This document shows positions 8,221-17,255 of a stretch of 44,638 bases of DNA, piece after piece. The notes under the pieces were generated by a model. It saw only the letters and a list, made by a program, of their open reading frames with translations, ran no database searches and was not told where the DNA came from. This stretch comes from a virus (taxonomy: Duplodnaviria; Caudoviricetes): positions 1 to 44,638 of IMG/VR virus record IMGVR_UViG_3300037692_000212; one strand, given 5' to 3'. Position numbers and translations under genes: made by a program. How positions within the stretch are numbered: position 1 is the first letter of the stretch; each line of letters opens with the position of its first letter.

Positions 8221-8528
8221 AACGTGCCTGCAGCGTCACAGGATGCGACCAGCCGAGCCGCACCAACAACATGTGCTCCGCGCATTACCGACGCGTCCTC
8301 TTCGGCCGTGACCTCGCCCCACCGATACGCGTGAGGCAGCCGGTACAACGCGACACCCTCGACCTGCTTACCATCGACACGGGATGGTGGACCGCCGACG
8401 CAATCGCCGACCGGCTCGGATTCGAGCGCCTGTACGTCAAGCGTGCACTGGCCCGGATGAGTTCTGTCGGCAAGGTGGTCGGCAGGCAACGGGTCGGGAG
8501 TTTGGAGAAGGAATGGCGGGCCGAATGA
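8217..8528 (+). CDS. Zinc-finger plus winged-HTH protein
   Basis: CSVTGC...MCSAHY and WTADAIADRLGFERLYVKRALARM. Confidence 0.65.
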   Translation: MKRACSVTGCDQPSRTNNMCSAHYRRVLFGRDLAPPIRVRQPVQRDTLDLLTIDTGWWTADAIADRLGFERLYVKRALARMSSVGKVVGRQRVGSLEKEWRAE

Positions 8529-8568
8529 GCACCGACCTCACCTGGCGAGACAGACAGGAGACACTGCT

Positions 8569-8886
8569 ATGACCAAGAAACGACGATACGAGGCGATACG
8601 AAGCTACTTCACCACCGTCAACGCCCGCGACGGATCCGTAACCGACATCCTCCGCCACTACGAACGGGTCCACCCAACCCGGGATAGCCGACTAGAGGCC
8701 ATCACAGACGGCTGGGACGCCTGGCATCACGACGATTTCAACATCGCAGTATGGCGCGGCGACAAACTGATCTCATGGGACTGGATGGACGATATCCTCG
8801 TTGCCATCGCCGACGGAGAGGATGAGCTGGCGCGCATCCAGCGCGAATTGTTGCCGCCACCAAGGGGTTGGAGCACCCTTCGGTGA
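8569..8886 (+). CDS. Hypothetical protein
   Basis: AGGAG RBS. Confidence 0.6.
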   Translation: MTKKRRYEAIRSYFTTVNARDGSVTDILRHYERVHPTRDSRLEAITDGWDAWHHDDFNIAVWRGDKLISWDWMDDILVAIADGEDELARIQRELLPPPRGWSTLR

Positions 8887-8887
8887 C

Positions 8888-8965
8888 CTACAGCAGCTCA
8901 CGTACCAGCCACACAACCAACACAATCAAGATGATGATTACAAGCACACGCTCATACCGTGACAC
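8888..8965 (-). CDS. Small hydrophobic membrane peptide (25 aa), antisense to the operon
   Basis: GTG start after GGGGG; MSRYERVLVIIILIVLVVWLVRELL*. Confidence 0.45.
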   Translation of the reverse strand: MSRYERVLVIIILIVLVVWLVRELL

Positions 8966-9026
8966 AACTAGACCCCCAACCGAAACCGGATAGTCAAACC
9001 TGTAAAACCTAGGTAACATCATTGAC

Positions 9027-9503
9027 ATGGGTAGGGAAACACGCAGCTACACCGACGAGGAACGCGCCGAAGCAATCGCGCACTATGTCGATCACGGTGC
9101 GGCCCAAGCTGGCCGCATGTTGAACATTCCCCCACGTACTATCCGATACTGGGCCAACCAGGCCGGGCTTGCCGCGGCAAGGGACCAACAACTAGAAGAA
9201 GGCACCCAGCGGCTCGAAAAGCAGCACGCCGAAATGAGGGAGGAGCTACGACTCCGGTTACTCGAGGTCGCGCTGCTGGCGATTGATCGGATGACGGAGG
9301 AGCACATCGACTATCGGGGCAAGGATGCCACAGAGGTCCGCTTCGAGATGGCGTCTGCTCGGGACATGCAGGCGTATGCAACGACTCTTGCGATTGTCCT
9401 CGACAAGTATCGGTTAGAGGTGGGCGAGTCGACATCGAAGACCGAGGTCGGTGGCCGGCTAGAGATCCTGGCCAACGGGGTTGATATCAATGCGGTGAAA
9501 TGA
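9027..9503 (+). CDS. Terminase small subunit (N-terminal HTH)
   Basis: YTDEERAEAI...AGRMLNIPPRTIRYW HTH and coiled coil; directly upstream of and coupled to TerL. Confidence 0.75.
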   Translation: MGRETRSYTDEERAEAIAHYVDHGAAQAGRMLNIPPRTIRYWANQAGLAAARDQQLEEGTQRLEKQHAEMREELRLRLLEVALLAIDRMTEEHIDYRGKDATEVRFEMASARDMQAYATTLAIVLDKYRLEVGESTSKTEVGGRLEILANGVDINAVK

Positions 9504-10912
9504 CGGCCGGCACACTCACCCACGCATACACACCGCGGGGTTCAGCGGCGACACTGATCGAATGTCACAACCCGGAAGTCTTGCTCGCCGGCCCGTCAGG
9601 TACCGGCAAATCAAGAGCGTCGCTCGAGAAAATGCATTTGGCGGCCCTGCTCAATCCGGGGATGCGTGGCCTGCTAGTGCGTAAGACCCTCAACTCGTTG
9701 ACGGGGTCCGGTGTTGTAACGTGGCGGAATTGGGTCATCCCCGAGTCAGAGGCGGTGGGTGCTGTCGCGTTCTATGGCGGCTCGAAAGAACAGCCGGCAC
9801 AGTACCGATACTCGAACGGCTCGAAGATCATGCTCGGCGGGATGGACAAGGCGTCGAAGGTGATGTCGACAGATTACGATCTTATCTTTGCGCAGGAAGC
9901 CACCGAGTTGACGGAGCATGATTGGGAGTCGTTGACGACTCGGCTACGCAACGGGGTGTTGTCGTTTCAACAGTTGTTGGCGGACTGTAACCCGTCACAC
10001 GAATCACATTGGCTGAAGAAGCGCTGTGACCGTGGCCAGACCCGCATGTTGTTATCGAGGCATGAGGATAACCCGCGACTGTTTGACGCCGACGGTGTCG
10101 CCACAGCAGAAGGCATCGACTACATGGCGAAGCTCGATGCGTTGACCGGGCCCCGCTATCAGCGTCTCCGGCTTGGTAAGTGGTCGTCGGCGGAGGGTGT
10201 CATCTATGAGATGTTCGACCCTGCCATACATCTTGTCGACCCGTTCCCGATCCCCAACGACTGGCCAAGGTTCTGGTCTGTCGACTTCGGGTTCACCAAC
10301 CCGATGGTGGTGCAATGCTGGGCGGAGGACCCGGATGGGCGTCTCTACATGTACCGTGAGTGGTATCGGACTGGGCGGACCGTGCCGCAGTTCTGTCGAG
10401 ACATCATGGCTGTCGTAGCGCCTGGCGGTGAATGGGTGGGCGATAACCAGGACGAATATCGGGGCGGCCAGTGGACCGAACCTAAACCGCGGACGCTCGT
10501 GTGTGATCACGACTCTGACCGACAGGGCACCTCGATGAGGGACATTATGGCTCGACACCTGAACCTGTCGACCCGGCCGGCGTTGAAAGAGGTCAAGGTC
10601 GGTATTCAGCGTGTCACCGACCGGCTCAAAGTCGCAGGAGATGGGAAGCCCCGACTGTTTTTGCTGCGGGACGCGTTGGTTGAGGCGGACGACTCGCTGA
10701 TCGATCGAGCGAAACCGACATGCACCGCGGATGAGCTCCCCGGCTACATTTGGGATTCGACACCCGGCAACGAACTGAAGGAGTCCCCGGTAAAGCAGGA
10801 CGACCATGGCGCTGACACTCTCCGCTATTTGGTCATGCATCGGGATGGAAGGCCGTCATCGAAAGTGTCTATGTCCTCGGGGTTTGGTCGTCTGCCGGAT
10901 AGGATCGGCTAG
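9500..10912 (+). CDS. terL: Terminase large subunit
   Basis: Walker A GPSGTGKS, Walker B LIFAQEATE, DCNP, nuclease motifs SVDFGFTNP and DDHGADTLRY. Confidence 0.95.
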   Translation: MTAGTLTHAYTPRGSAATLIECHNPEVLLAGPSGTGKSRASLEKMHLAALLNPGMRGLLVRKTLNSLTGSGVVTWRNWVIPESEAVGAVAFYGGSKEQPAQYRYSNGSKIMLGGMDKASKVMSTDYDLIFAQEATELTEHDWESLTTRLRNGVLSFQQLLADCNPSHESHWLKKRCDRGQTRMLLSRHEDNPRLFDADGVATAEGIDYMAKLDALTGPRYQRLRLGKWSSAEGVIYEMFDPAIHLVDPFPIPNDWPRFWSVDFGFTNPMVVQCWAEDPDGRLYMYREWYRTGRTVPQFCRDIMAVVAPGGEWVGDNQDEYRGGQWTEPKPRTLVCDHDSDRQGTSMRDIMARHLNLSTRPALKEVKVGIQRVTDRLKVAGDGKPRLFLLRDALVEADDSLIDRAKPTCTADELPGYIWDSTPGNELKESPVKQDDHGADTLRYLVMHRDGRPSSKVSMSSGFGRLPDRIG

Positions 10913-10965
10913 CTATCCTGTGCATAACCGTGTAGTGTGGTAGTTACATCGGCAAAGGGACAGAG

Positions 10966-11139
10966 ATGAGAGGCTACACATTGCAACTAGACCGGGCGTT
11001 GAGTTACGAAGCGACCCACGCCCCGGAGCACGTGTGCACCTGGTGTATGCATCAACGGTCGCTGCATAGGGACGGGCGGTCTTGCGTGTCGGACGGTTGC
11101 CGCTGTCTCCGGTTCTCAAGGGCAGACACGGGCCGGTGA
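10966..11139 (+). CDS. Small Cys/His metal-binding protein (57 aa; not in ORF track)
   Basis: CTWCMHQRSLH...C...GCRCLRF, same pattern as 5336..5584; AAGGGA RBS. Confidence 0.55.
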   Translation: MRGYTLQLDRALSYEATHAPEHVCTWCMHQRSLHRDGRSCVSDGCRCLRFSRADTGR

Positions 11140-11180
11140 CGGCTGGTAGGCTGCCGGGCAGGATCAGATAGGAGACGACT

Positions 11181-11330
11181 GTGGCTTGTGGCTGCAAAGG
11201 CAATCGGAAACCCCCCGACGCTGATAATCAGAAACGCCAGGCACAGGCAGCGGAACGTCGCGCTGCGGTGGAGGCTGCCCGCAAACTGATCGCCCAAGGC
11301 GGCGTCCCCGAGTTCGTTCGACGGAGATAG
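11181..11330 (+). CDS. Small protein with MACGC N-terminus (49 aa)
   Basis: AGGAG RBS, GTG start; MACGCKGNRKPP...VRRR*. Confidence 0.6.
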   Translation: MACGCKGNRKPPDADNQKRQAQAAERRAAVEAARKLIAQGGVPEFVRRR

Positions 11331-11336
11331 GGAAGA

Positions 11337-11723
11337 ATGCACGACCCGGTAGCGTTAATCATCGACGGCCTAGCAGTGTTTCGGCTGTCCCGCCTCATTG
11401 TCGCCGACGAGATCCTGCGACCAATACGGGAGTGGCTGTGGCTGCGATGGCCAGGCGACAACACCGAGTTCTACGCATCAGCAGTGGATCGGGTGAAGGT
11501 CGCCACATTCGAGGTCGAGCCGCGGCAATCCCCGCCAGTGTATGTAGCTGCCCGTCCGTCGTGGCTTGGCCGATGGCTCGAATGTGTCTGGTGTGTCTCA
11601 ATGTGGATAGCCCCGGCAGTCGTGACAATGCGGGCTTTGACGGGTTGGTGGCAGTGGCCGGCCACAATGCTGGCCCTATCCGCCGTGGCTGGGATACTGC
11701 ATGTCTGGTCGTATTCGGAGTAG
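11337..11723 (+). CDS. DUF1360-like membrane protein
   Basis: LAVFRLSRLIVADEI..P.R and L.CVWCVSMW motifs. Confidence 0.8.
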   Translation: MHDPVALIIDGLAVFRLSRLIVADEILRPIREWLWLRWPGDNTEFYASAVDRVKVATFEVEPRQSPPVYVAARPSWLGRWLECVWCVSMWIAPAVVTMRALTGWWQWPATMLALSAVAGILHVWSYSE

Positions 11724-11764
11724 CGGCTAGTAGCATCACGCAAAGCCGACCTAAAGGAACCGTG

Positions 11765-13927
11765 ATGCCCATAGGACATCCCCTCATCGCCTCCGCCCAC
11801 CGTGTCCGATACAGCCGCACCAACCCCCCGAAACTGGCCGACCCGACCTGGGTTGACCGGGCATGGGACGCCTACGACCGGCTCCCAGAGCTGCATTTCG
11901 GCATCAACGTTCGGTCGAACATTGCGAACCGGTTCGACTATTTCCCCGCCACACTCCCTGATCCGACATCGGAACCGGAGCGGTTAGAGGACGGCCCGGT
12001 CGTTGATTGGCTCGACAATGAGGGCGGCGCCGCGCTGCTACGCCGTCTCGTGTCGTCACTGATTGTCCATTTCGACGTCCCCGGTCTGGCCTATTTGGTG
12101 TCGGTCGATGAGGAGAAGCGGCGCCTGTGGGACATCTACTCGACGCAGGAACTCCGCAAAGAAGTCGGTGACACTCAATATTCGGTCACTGACAACTCGG
12201 GCAACCCGTTACAGGGCGAGGCCCACATCAACGACGCCGACGTGTATGTGGTGTGGCGCCCCCACCCTCGGGACCGGACACAGGCCGACTCGCCGCTGCG
12301 GGCATCCCTCGAGGTGGCTGAACAGTTGGTGCTGGTGGGTCGGGAACGGCGAGCAGAGCTGATGTCGCGCCTGTCGGCGGGTATGTTGTTGCTGCCCGAC
12401 TCGATGGATTTAGGTGGCGACGAAGACACCGACGAAGGTGACCCGGTCGAGTCGTTCCAGCGGCGTCTGACAGAGGTGTTGACGCAGCCGATCAAAGACC
12501 CTGGCGCCGCGTCTGCGGTTGTCCCGTTTGTGATCACCGCCGCCGCCGAAGACATCGAAAAAGTAAAGCTCCAAACATTCAGCCGACTGAACCAGTACGA
12601 ACGTTCCCAAGGTGAGCAGCAACTGATCCGCCGCCTAGCGAACGGGTTGGATTTGCCCGCCGAGATCCTGCTCGGACTAGCTGATACGAACCACTGGTCA
12701 GCATGGCTTGTATCCGAGACGGCTGTGACGCAGCATGTAGACCCGACAGTGCGCACCATCTTGGACTCGTTGACGACCGGATGGTTCCACCCGCTACTGC
12801 AAGCCAACCAGATCGACACGCAAGGGGTCGTGTTGTGGCGGGACATCACCCCCGCGATCGTCCCAGCCGACCGCACCGGTCAACACTTCGACGCCCTCCA
12901 AAACGGGGTGATCGGATTCGACGCGGTGCGGGAGCGGCTCGGCTACGACGACAACGAGGCACCGACAGAAGCCGACCTCGAGCTGTTGGAACGTATCCAA
13001 GGCACTAACCAGTCGGCCGAAGTGTTGCCGCGGGGTCCGGCACAGTCCGACCGGCCCGCCGCCATCATCGCAGCACTGCCAGGTCCGTCCCCGATGAGAC
13101 TGACGGAACTCGCCGACCTGGACGACACTAACCTTGAATACACCCTGACGCAGTGCGAAGCCGCCGCCGACCGGGTATTGGAGAAGGTGGCTTCCCGCCT
13201 GCGTAGCCGAGTGCAAGGCAACGACAAGCTGGCGGTGCTGGTCGGTGACGCCCCCAACTCGGAGCTGATCGGCATGCTGGCGGGCCGCTTCGCGCCGGCC
13301 GATGTGGTGAAACCAGAGGACTTCGATTCGGTGATTGCTCGTATCCGGGCCCGCTGGTCCCGTACTGTCAACGCCACCAACAGTTTCTTATCCCGCTTGG
13401 TTGAAGCTGAACCGTCGACCGTGACTGTGGAACAGGACCTCGACGCCGGGTCGCATCGGTTGCGTAACATTCTGGTCGCCGCCGTGACTGCGCTGCTGTT
13501 CACCCCCGACGGTAAACCCGATCCGGTCGACGAGGGCGAGATCCGGGATCAGCGTTTACCAGTGTCGGAGATTCGGCAGGCTGTGTCTGTCGCCGGTGGC
13601 GGCGAAGCGTCAACTGTGGATGGGCAGGTGTGGGAGCTGATCGGCAACGGGTACAGGACAGACCGGACATTGCAAGACCACGGGATGGCGTCACTGTCGT
13701 TTGAGTGGCGCTACGGCGACCCTGCTTCCAGGGTCACCAACTTTGAGCCGCACGCCCGTCTCGGTGGGGCAGTGTTCGAGTCGTGGCAAGACCCGCAACT
13801 GTCGGTGACACCTGACGGTGACTGGGTCGGTGGCACCCATTACCGGCCCGGTGACCATCGGGGATGTCTTTGCACCTACGTCCGCGCGATCAGTGTGAGC
13901 CTGCCAATCGCAGCATCGGTAAGGTAA
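11765..13927 (+). CDS. Portal protein with C-terminal MuF-like extension
   Basis: Follows TerL; AWDAYD..PELHF, WRPHPR....DSP, LANGLDLPAEILLG..NHWSAW; C-terminal PGDHRGCLC; AAGGA RBS. Confidence 0.85.
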   Translation: MPIGHPLIASAHRVRYSRTNPPKLADPTWVDRAWDAYDRLPELHFGINVRSNIANRFDYFPATLPDPTSEPERLEDGPVVDWLDNEGGAALLRRLVSSLIVHFDVPGLAYLVSVDEEKRRLWDIYSTQELRKEVGDTQYSVTDNSGNPLQGEAHINDADVYVVWRPHPRDRTQADSPLRASLEVAEQLVLVGRERRAELMSRLSAGMLLLPDSMDLGGDEDTDEGDPVESFQRRLTEVLTQPIKDPGAASAVVPFVITAAAEDIEKVKLQTFSRLNQYERSQGEQQLIRRLANGLDLPAEILLGLADTNHWSAWLVSETAVTQHVDPTVRTILDSLTTGWFHPLLQANQIDTQGVVLWRDITPAIVPADRTGQHFDALQNGVIGFDAVRERLGYDDNEAPTEADLELLERIQGTNQSAEVLPRGPAQSDRPAAIIAALPGPSPMRLTELADLDDTNLEYTLTQCEAAADRVLEKVASRLRSRVQGNDKLAVLVGDAPNSELIGMLAGRFAPADVVKPEDFDSVIARIRARWSRTVNATNSFLSRLVEAEPSTVTVEQDLDAGSHRLRNILVAAVTALLFTPDGKPDPVDEGEIRDQRLPVSEIRQAVSVAGGGEASTVDGQVWELIGNGYRTDRTLQDHGMASLSFEWRYGDPASRVTNFEPHARLGGAVFESWQDPQLSVTPDGDWVGGTHYRPGDHRGCLCTYVRAISVSLPIAASVR

Positions 13928-13968
13928 CCTACCGATTGGAACCTACCGGCCATCCAAAGGACCGCATT

Positions 13969-15210
13969 GTGGATACGCTCCTAGCAACCATCGGCAGAAT
14001 CACCACCTACCAAACCGAAGGCAACAGCGGCTACAAAGTGTGGCTCGCCCCCGAAGGACTCCGAACCTCTGATGACAGGTTCATTCAGGAAGGGGCTTTG
14101 TCGTGGCGCAAAGGACGCCTCCCCCTCACCTTCTCCGACAATGAGGGCAGCCACGACGACGCGGTGCATGTCGGCAACCTGTTCGACTTCCAGAAAGAGG
14201 AGGACGATCAGGGGGTCGTGTGGGTGACCGCGTCTGCAGAGTTCGACAGCGACGATGAGGCGCAAGAAGCGAAACGGCTCGTCGACGAAGACAAACTGCG
14301 GGGCGTGTCGGTGCATTTCGCCGACTTCGAAGCTGACCTGGAATGCGCCGACGAAGAAAACTACGACGGCTGCATCCTGAATGTGACGATGGGTGTCATC
14401 GCTGCGGCAACGATCGTCATCATCCCCGCCTTTGAGGACGCCCACATTGAACCCATCGCTGCGTCGGCTACACCCGTGGACCTGTTCACCCCGCCCCGCG
14501 ATTGGTTCGAAGATCCGCAACTGCCGGAAACAACGTTTACGACCGTGACTGAGGATGGCCGCATTTTCGGGCATCTCACCCCCGACCAGTCCGCCTGCCA
14601 TCTCGGCTTTACCGATTGTGTCCCGCCCCCGTACGGGAACGTCGACTATGAAGAGTTCAACAGCCATGCCCGGGTGACGTGTGCCGATGGGGCAAACATC
14701 CCGGTAGGTGTGTTGACGTTCGACGGTCCACACGCCCCCATCGACAGGTACTTGTCGATCGAGTCTCGGATGAGACGCTACGACGACACCACTTCGGTAG
14801 CTGCCTATGTGCGGGCTGGGGAAGATGAGCACGGCACATGGATCGCTGGGGCGATCGCCCCCGACCTGGATAAAGGCGACGTAGAGAAGGTACGGCGTCT
14901 GTCCCTATCCGGTGACTGGCTGCCCCGTGGCGGCCGTCAAGTGTTGGCTGCGGCGCACGCCATACCAGTACCCGGGTTTGCGATCAAAGCGAAAGTAGCT
15001 TCTGCGGGTGGCGCCATGTTGACAGTCGGCCCCCGCCCACCAGAGCCCGTCAAACCGGATTTGGTGCTGGTCGCTGCTGCGATCCAGTCGCTGCGGGAAA
15101 CGATCGGTGAGCTGCGGGCCGACCTGACCCCGGTCGTTGAGGACTACACGGCGAGGGAACGTGAAGCTAGGCTACAAGAGGCACTGGCAGTCTTCGGCGA
15201 TACCGGGTAA
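13969..15210 (+). CDS. Capsid maturation protease
   Basis: EG.RTSDDRFI..GAL.WR..LPL, H, GVSV (catalytic Ser), AATIV.IPAFEDA; second domain GHL...CH.G...C, SLSGDW. Confidence 0.85.
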   Translation: MDTLLATIGRITTYQTEGNSGYKVWLAPEGLRTSDDRFIQEGALSWRKGRLPLTFSDNEGSHDDAVHVGNLFDFQKEEDDQGVVWVTASAEFDSDDEAQEAKRLVDEDKLRGVSVHFADFEADLECADEENYDGCILNVTMGVIAAATIVIIPAFEDAHIEPIAASATPVDLFTPPRDWFEDPQLPETTFTTVTEDGRIFGHLTPDQSACHLGFTDCVPPPYGNVDYEEFNSHARVTCADGANIPVGVLTFDGPHAPIDRYLSIESRMRRYDDTTSVAAYVRAGEDEHGTWIAGAIAPDLDKGDVEKVRRLSLSGDWLPRGGRQVLAAAHAIPVPGFAIKAKVASAGGAMLTVGPRPPEPVKPDLVLVAAAIQSLRETIGELRADLTPVVEDYTAREREARLQEALAVFGDTG

Positions 15211-15303
15211 CATTCAGGCTGCCCGGGATGTTTCCGGCCTGACCCGTCTTGGACAACCGGCGCACTCTCCAAGGCGGGGCCAGGCCGATTCTCGACCCTC
15301 TAC

Positions 15304-15312
15304 TGCTACACT
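15304..15312 (+). promoter_or_regulatory. Extended -10 promoter for the capsid gene
   Basis: TGcTACACT in the 215-bp gap before the capsid gene. Confidence 0.5.
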
Positions 15313-15425
15313 CCGCCACGTAGCGGGTTTGACCCAACTTGATGCTCCATAGGGGCCTACGGGAACGCCGCCCATTCGGAACCACCCCCCGTTCAGTGAA
15401 CCCCCCCTTTTTAGATTGGAGCATT

Positions 15426-17039
15426 ATGGATGAGAAGTTTCTCGAGCTGCTCGCAAAGCTCGACGAAGATATCGCCTCCCTGTCGAACGATGAACTGGTA
15501 GAGGCCCGCCACGGTCTTGTCGAAGCCGGGAAGCAGTTGGGCGCCGACATCAAGGCCGGTGAGGTCGAGGACGCCGAGAAGGCGTTGGAGGATGTGGACC
15601 GTCTCGCCGCTGCAGTGAAGGCGATCGACACCGAGTCAGAGACTCGCACCGCTGCGGCAGCCGAGACCGACGCGAAGCTGGCCGAATCAATGTCTGTGTT
15701 CGACGATGAAGCGACCGAGCCTGTTGAGGAGACCGAAGAGGCTGTGGCCGAGGAGCCGCCGACAGAGGCGAAGGCAAAGGTGGCGTCTGTCGCCGACATT
15801 GCCCGTCGGCGCAAGCCGCCCGCCCCGCAACCGGCCCGCCCGTTGGTGGCGTCCGCAGTCGGTGGCAGCGGGTCGACCCAGATGGGACAGGCGTACGGTG
15901 ACCACACCGAACTGGCGCAGGCCATGTGGGATGCGCATCGGCGAGGCCCCAACGGCGCGCAGACGGTGGCGAGGGTCCGACTTGACACGCCGTTCCAGCT
16001 CGGCTCCGATGAGGAAGCAAACTACAACCTGGTTGAGCAGGTCAAGCGCGACTATCAGCGGGAAGCTGCGTCGGCGATGGACGCCGGCCGACCGTTGGCA
16101 ACTGTCGCTGCCGGGTTCTGTGCCCCCGCCCAACCCGTCTACGACTATCTTCAGGCCGGAAGCCGCGACGGGATCTTCACCGCCCCAGAGTTGACGGCGT
16201 CCCGTGGCCGGTTCACGTTCCCGGAGCTGTTCAACATCCGTGACCTGCAAGTCCAGAACGGTGTCGCGTGGGAGTCCACGTCGACAATGGACGAGGACGC
16301 GGTGGAGAAGCCGTGCTACACGGTTGCGTGTGGCGACGGGATCACCGCCCAGGTTTCGGCCTACTCGGACTGCATCAAGTTCTCCAACTTCGATTCGCAG
16401 TTCTGGCCGGAGCGGGTCACCCATGTGACCGGGCAGGTAGCGATCGCCCACGACCATGAGGTGAATCTGGCGCTCCTCCTCGACATTGTGGGTGATGCCC
16501 GCACCGAGACGGCAATAGACGGGTTCACAAACGGTGGCACGTGGGCACAGACAATCCAGTCTGTCGCCCTACACGGCGCCTACGTAAGGAACCGATACCG
16601 TCTGCCGATCAACTCGGTGCTGGAGGCGATCATCCCCGCCTACGTGCTGGATGCTCTGATCGCTGATCAGGTCGCCCGGTCGGCCACCACCGAATACGGG
16701 ATGGCACGTGCCGCGGTCGAGGCGGCGTTTGCCCGTGCCCGCATTTCGGTGCAGTGGGTATATGACTGGCAGGAACTCGCAGCGGCGAACTGGCCCGCAG
16801 CGTTCAACTATCTGCTGTGGCCCGCCGGCCATGTGCTCAAGTTGAACGGTGGCACCCTCAACCTGGGTGTCGTACGTGACTCGACCTTGAATGTCGCCAA
16901 CGACTTCCAGGTGTTCAACGAGACGTTCGATGGTCACGCCATTGTTGGTCCCGGAGTCATGTATGTGACCGGTGTCAACCTGTGCCCGAACGGTGAAGCG
17001 TCCAGCAACGCTGCCCTGTCGTGCGCTGCCGGGTCGTAA
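15426..17039 (+). CDS. Major capsid (hexamer-type) protein with N-terminal acidic scaffold region
   Basis: Acidic coiled-coil N-terminus; AAGFCAPAQPVYDY; KPCYTVAC; LNLGVVRDSTLNVANDFQVFNETF; GGAG RBS. Confidence 0.9.
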   Translation: MDEKFLELLAKLDEDIASLSNDELVEARHGLVEAGKQLGADIKAGEVEDAEKALEDVDRLAAAVKAIDTESETRTAAAAETDAKLAESMSVFDDEATEPVEETEEAVAEEPPTEAKAKVASVADIARRRKPPAPQPARPLVASAVGGSGSTQMGQAYGDHTELAQAMWDAHRRGPNGAQTVARVRLDTPFQLGSDEEANYNLVEQVKRDYQREAASAMDAGRPLATVAAGFCAPAQPVYDYLQAGSRDGIFTAPELTASRGRFTFPELFNIRDLQVQNGVAWESTSTMDEDAVEKPCYTVACGDGITAQVSAYSDCIKFSNFDSQFWPERVTHVTGQVAIAHDHEVNLALLLDIVGDARTETAIDGFTNGGTWAQTIQSVALHGAYVRNRYRLPINSVLEAIIPAYVLDALIADQVARSATTEYGMARAAVEAAFARARISVQWVYDWQELAAANWPAAFNYLLWPAGHVLKLNGGTLNLGVVRDSTLNVANDFQVFNETFDGHAIVGPGVMYVTGVNLCPNGEASSNAALSCAAGS

Positions 17040-17066
17040 CATCGCCTAGTCGTCCCCTCCGACGGC

Positions 17067-17128
17067 GGACGTGGAGCCCCCCAAGCCTTTCCCTATCGGC
17101 TGGGGGGCTCCCCCGCGTCCCCGTTTTC
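17067..17128 (+). terminator. Intrinsic terminator-like hairpin after the capsid gene
   Basis: GGAGCCCCCCAAGCC-loop-GGCTGGGGGGCTCC, extendable stem, then GTTTTCTGTT. Confidence 0.7.
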
Positions 17129-17137
17129 TGTTACAGT
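17129..17137 (+). promoter_or_regulatory. Extended -10 promoter of the tRNA
   Basis: TGtTACAGT, 6 nt before tRNA nucleotide 1. Confidence 0.55.
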
Positions 17138-17143
17138 GCGGAC

Positions 17144-17217
17144 AGCACGGTGGAGCAGTCTGGTAGCTCGCTGGTCTCATAAGCCGGAGGTCGCAGGTTC
17201 AAATCCTGTCCGTGCCA
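17144..17217 (+). tRNA. Initiator-type tRNA-Met(CAT), no encoded CCA
   Basis: Cloverleaf: acceptor GCACGG/CCGTGC with 1:72 mismatch, D arm GAGC/GCTC (A11:U24), loop CTCATAA, T arm GCAGG-TTCAAAT-CCTGT. Closely follows the bacterial tRNA-fMet consensus. Confidence 0.93.
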
Positions 17218-17255
17218 CGATATGTCAGATAGGGGACAGTGATGGCGGCAGGATT

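Noticed and set aside
17144-17217. tRNA as attP or prophage boundary
   Set aside because: Full-length gene with its own promoter, no duplicated 3' fragment, no integrase, and phage genes on both sides.
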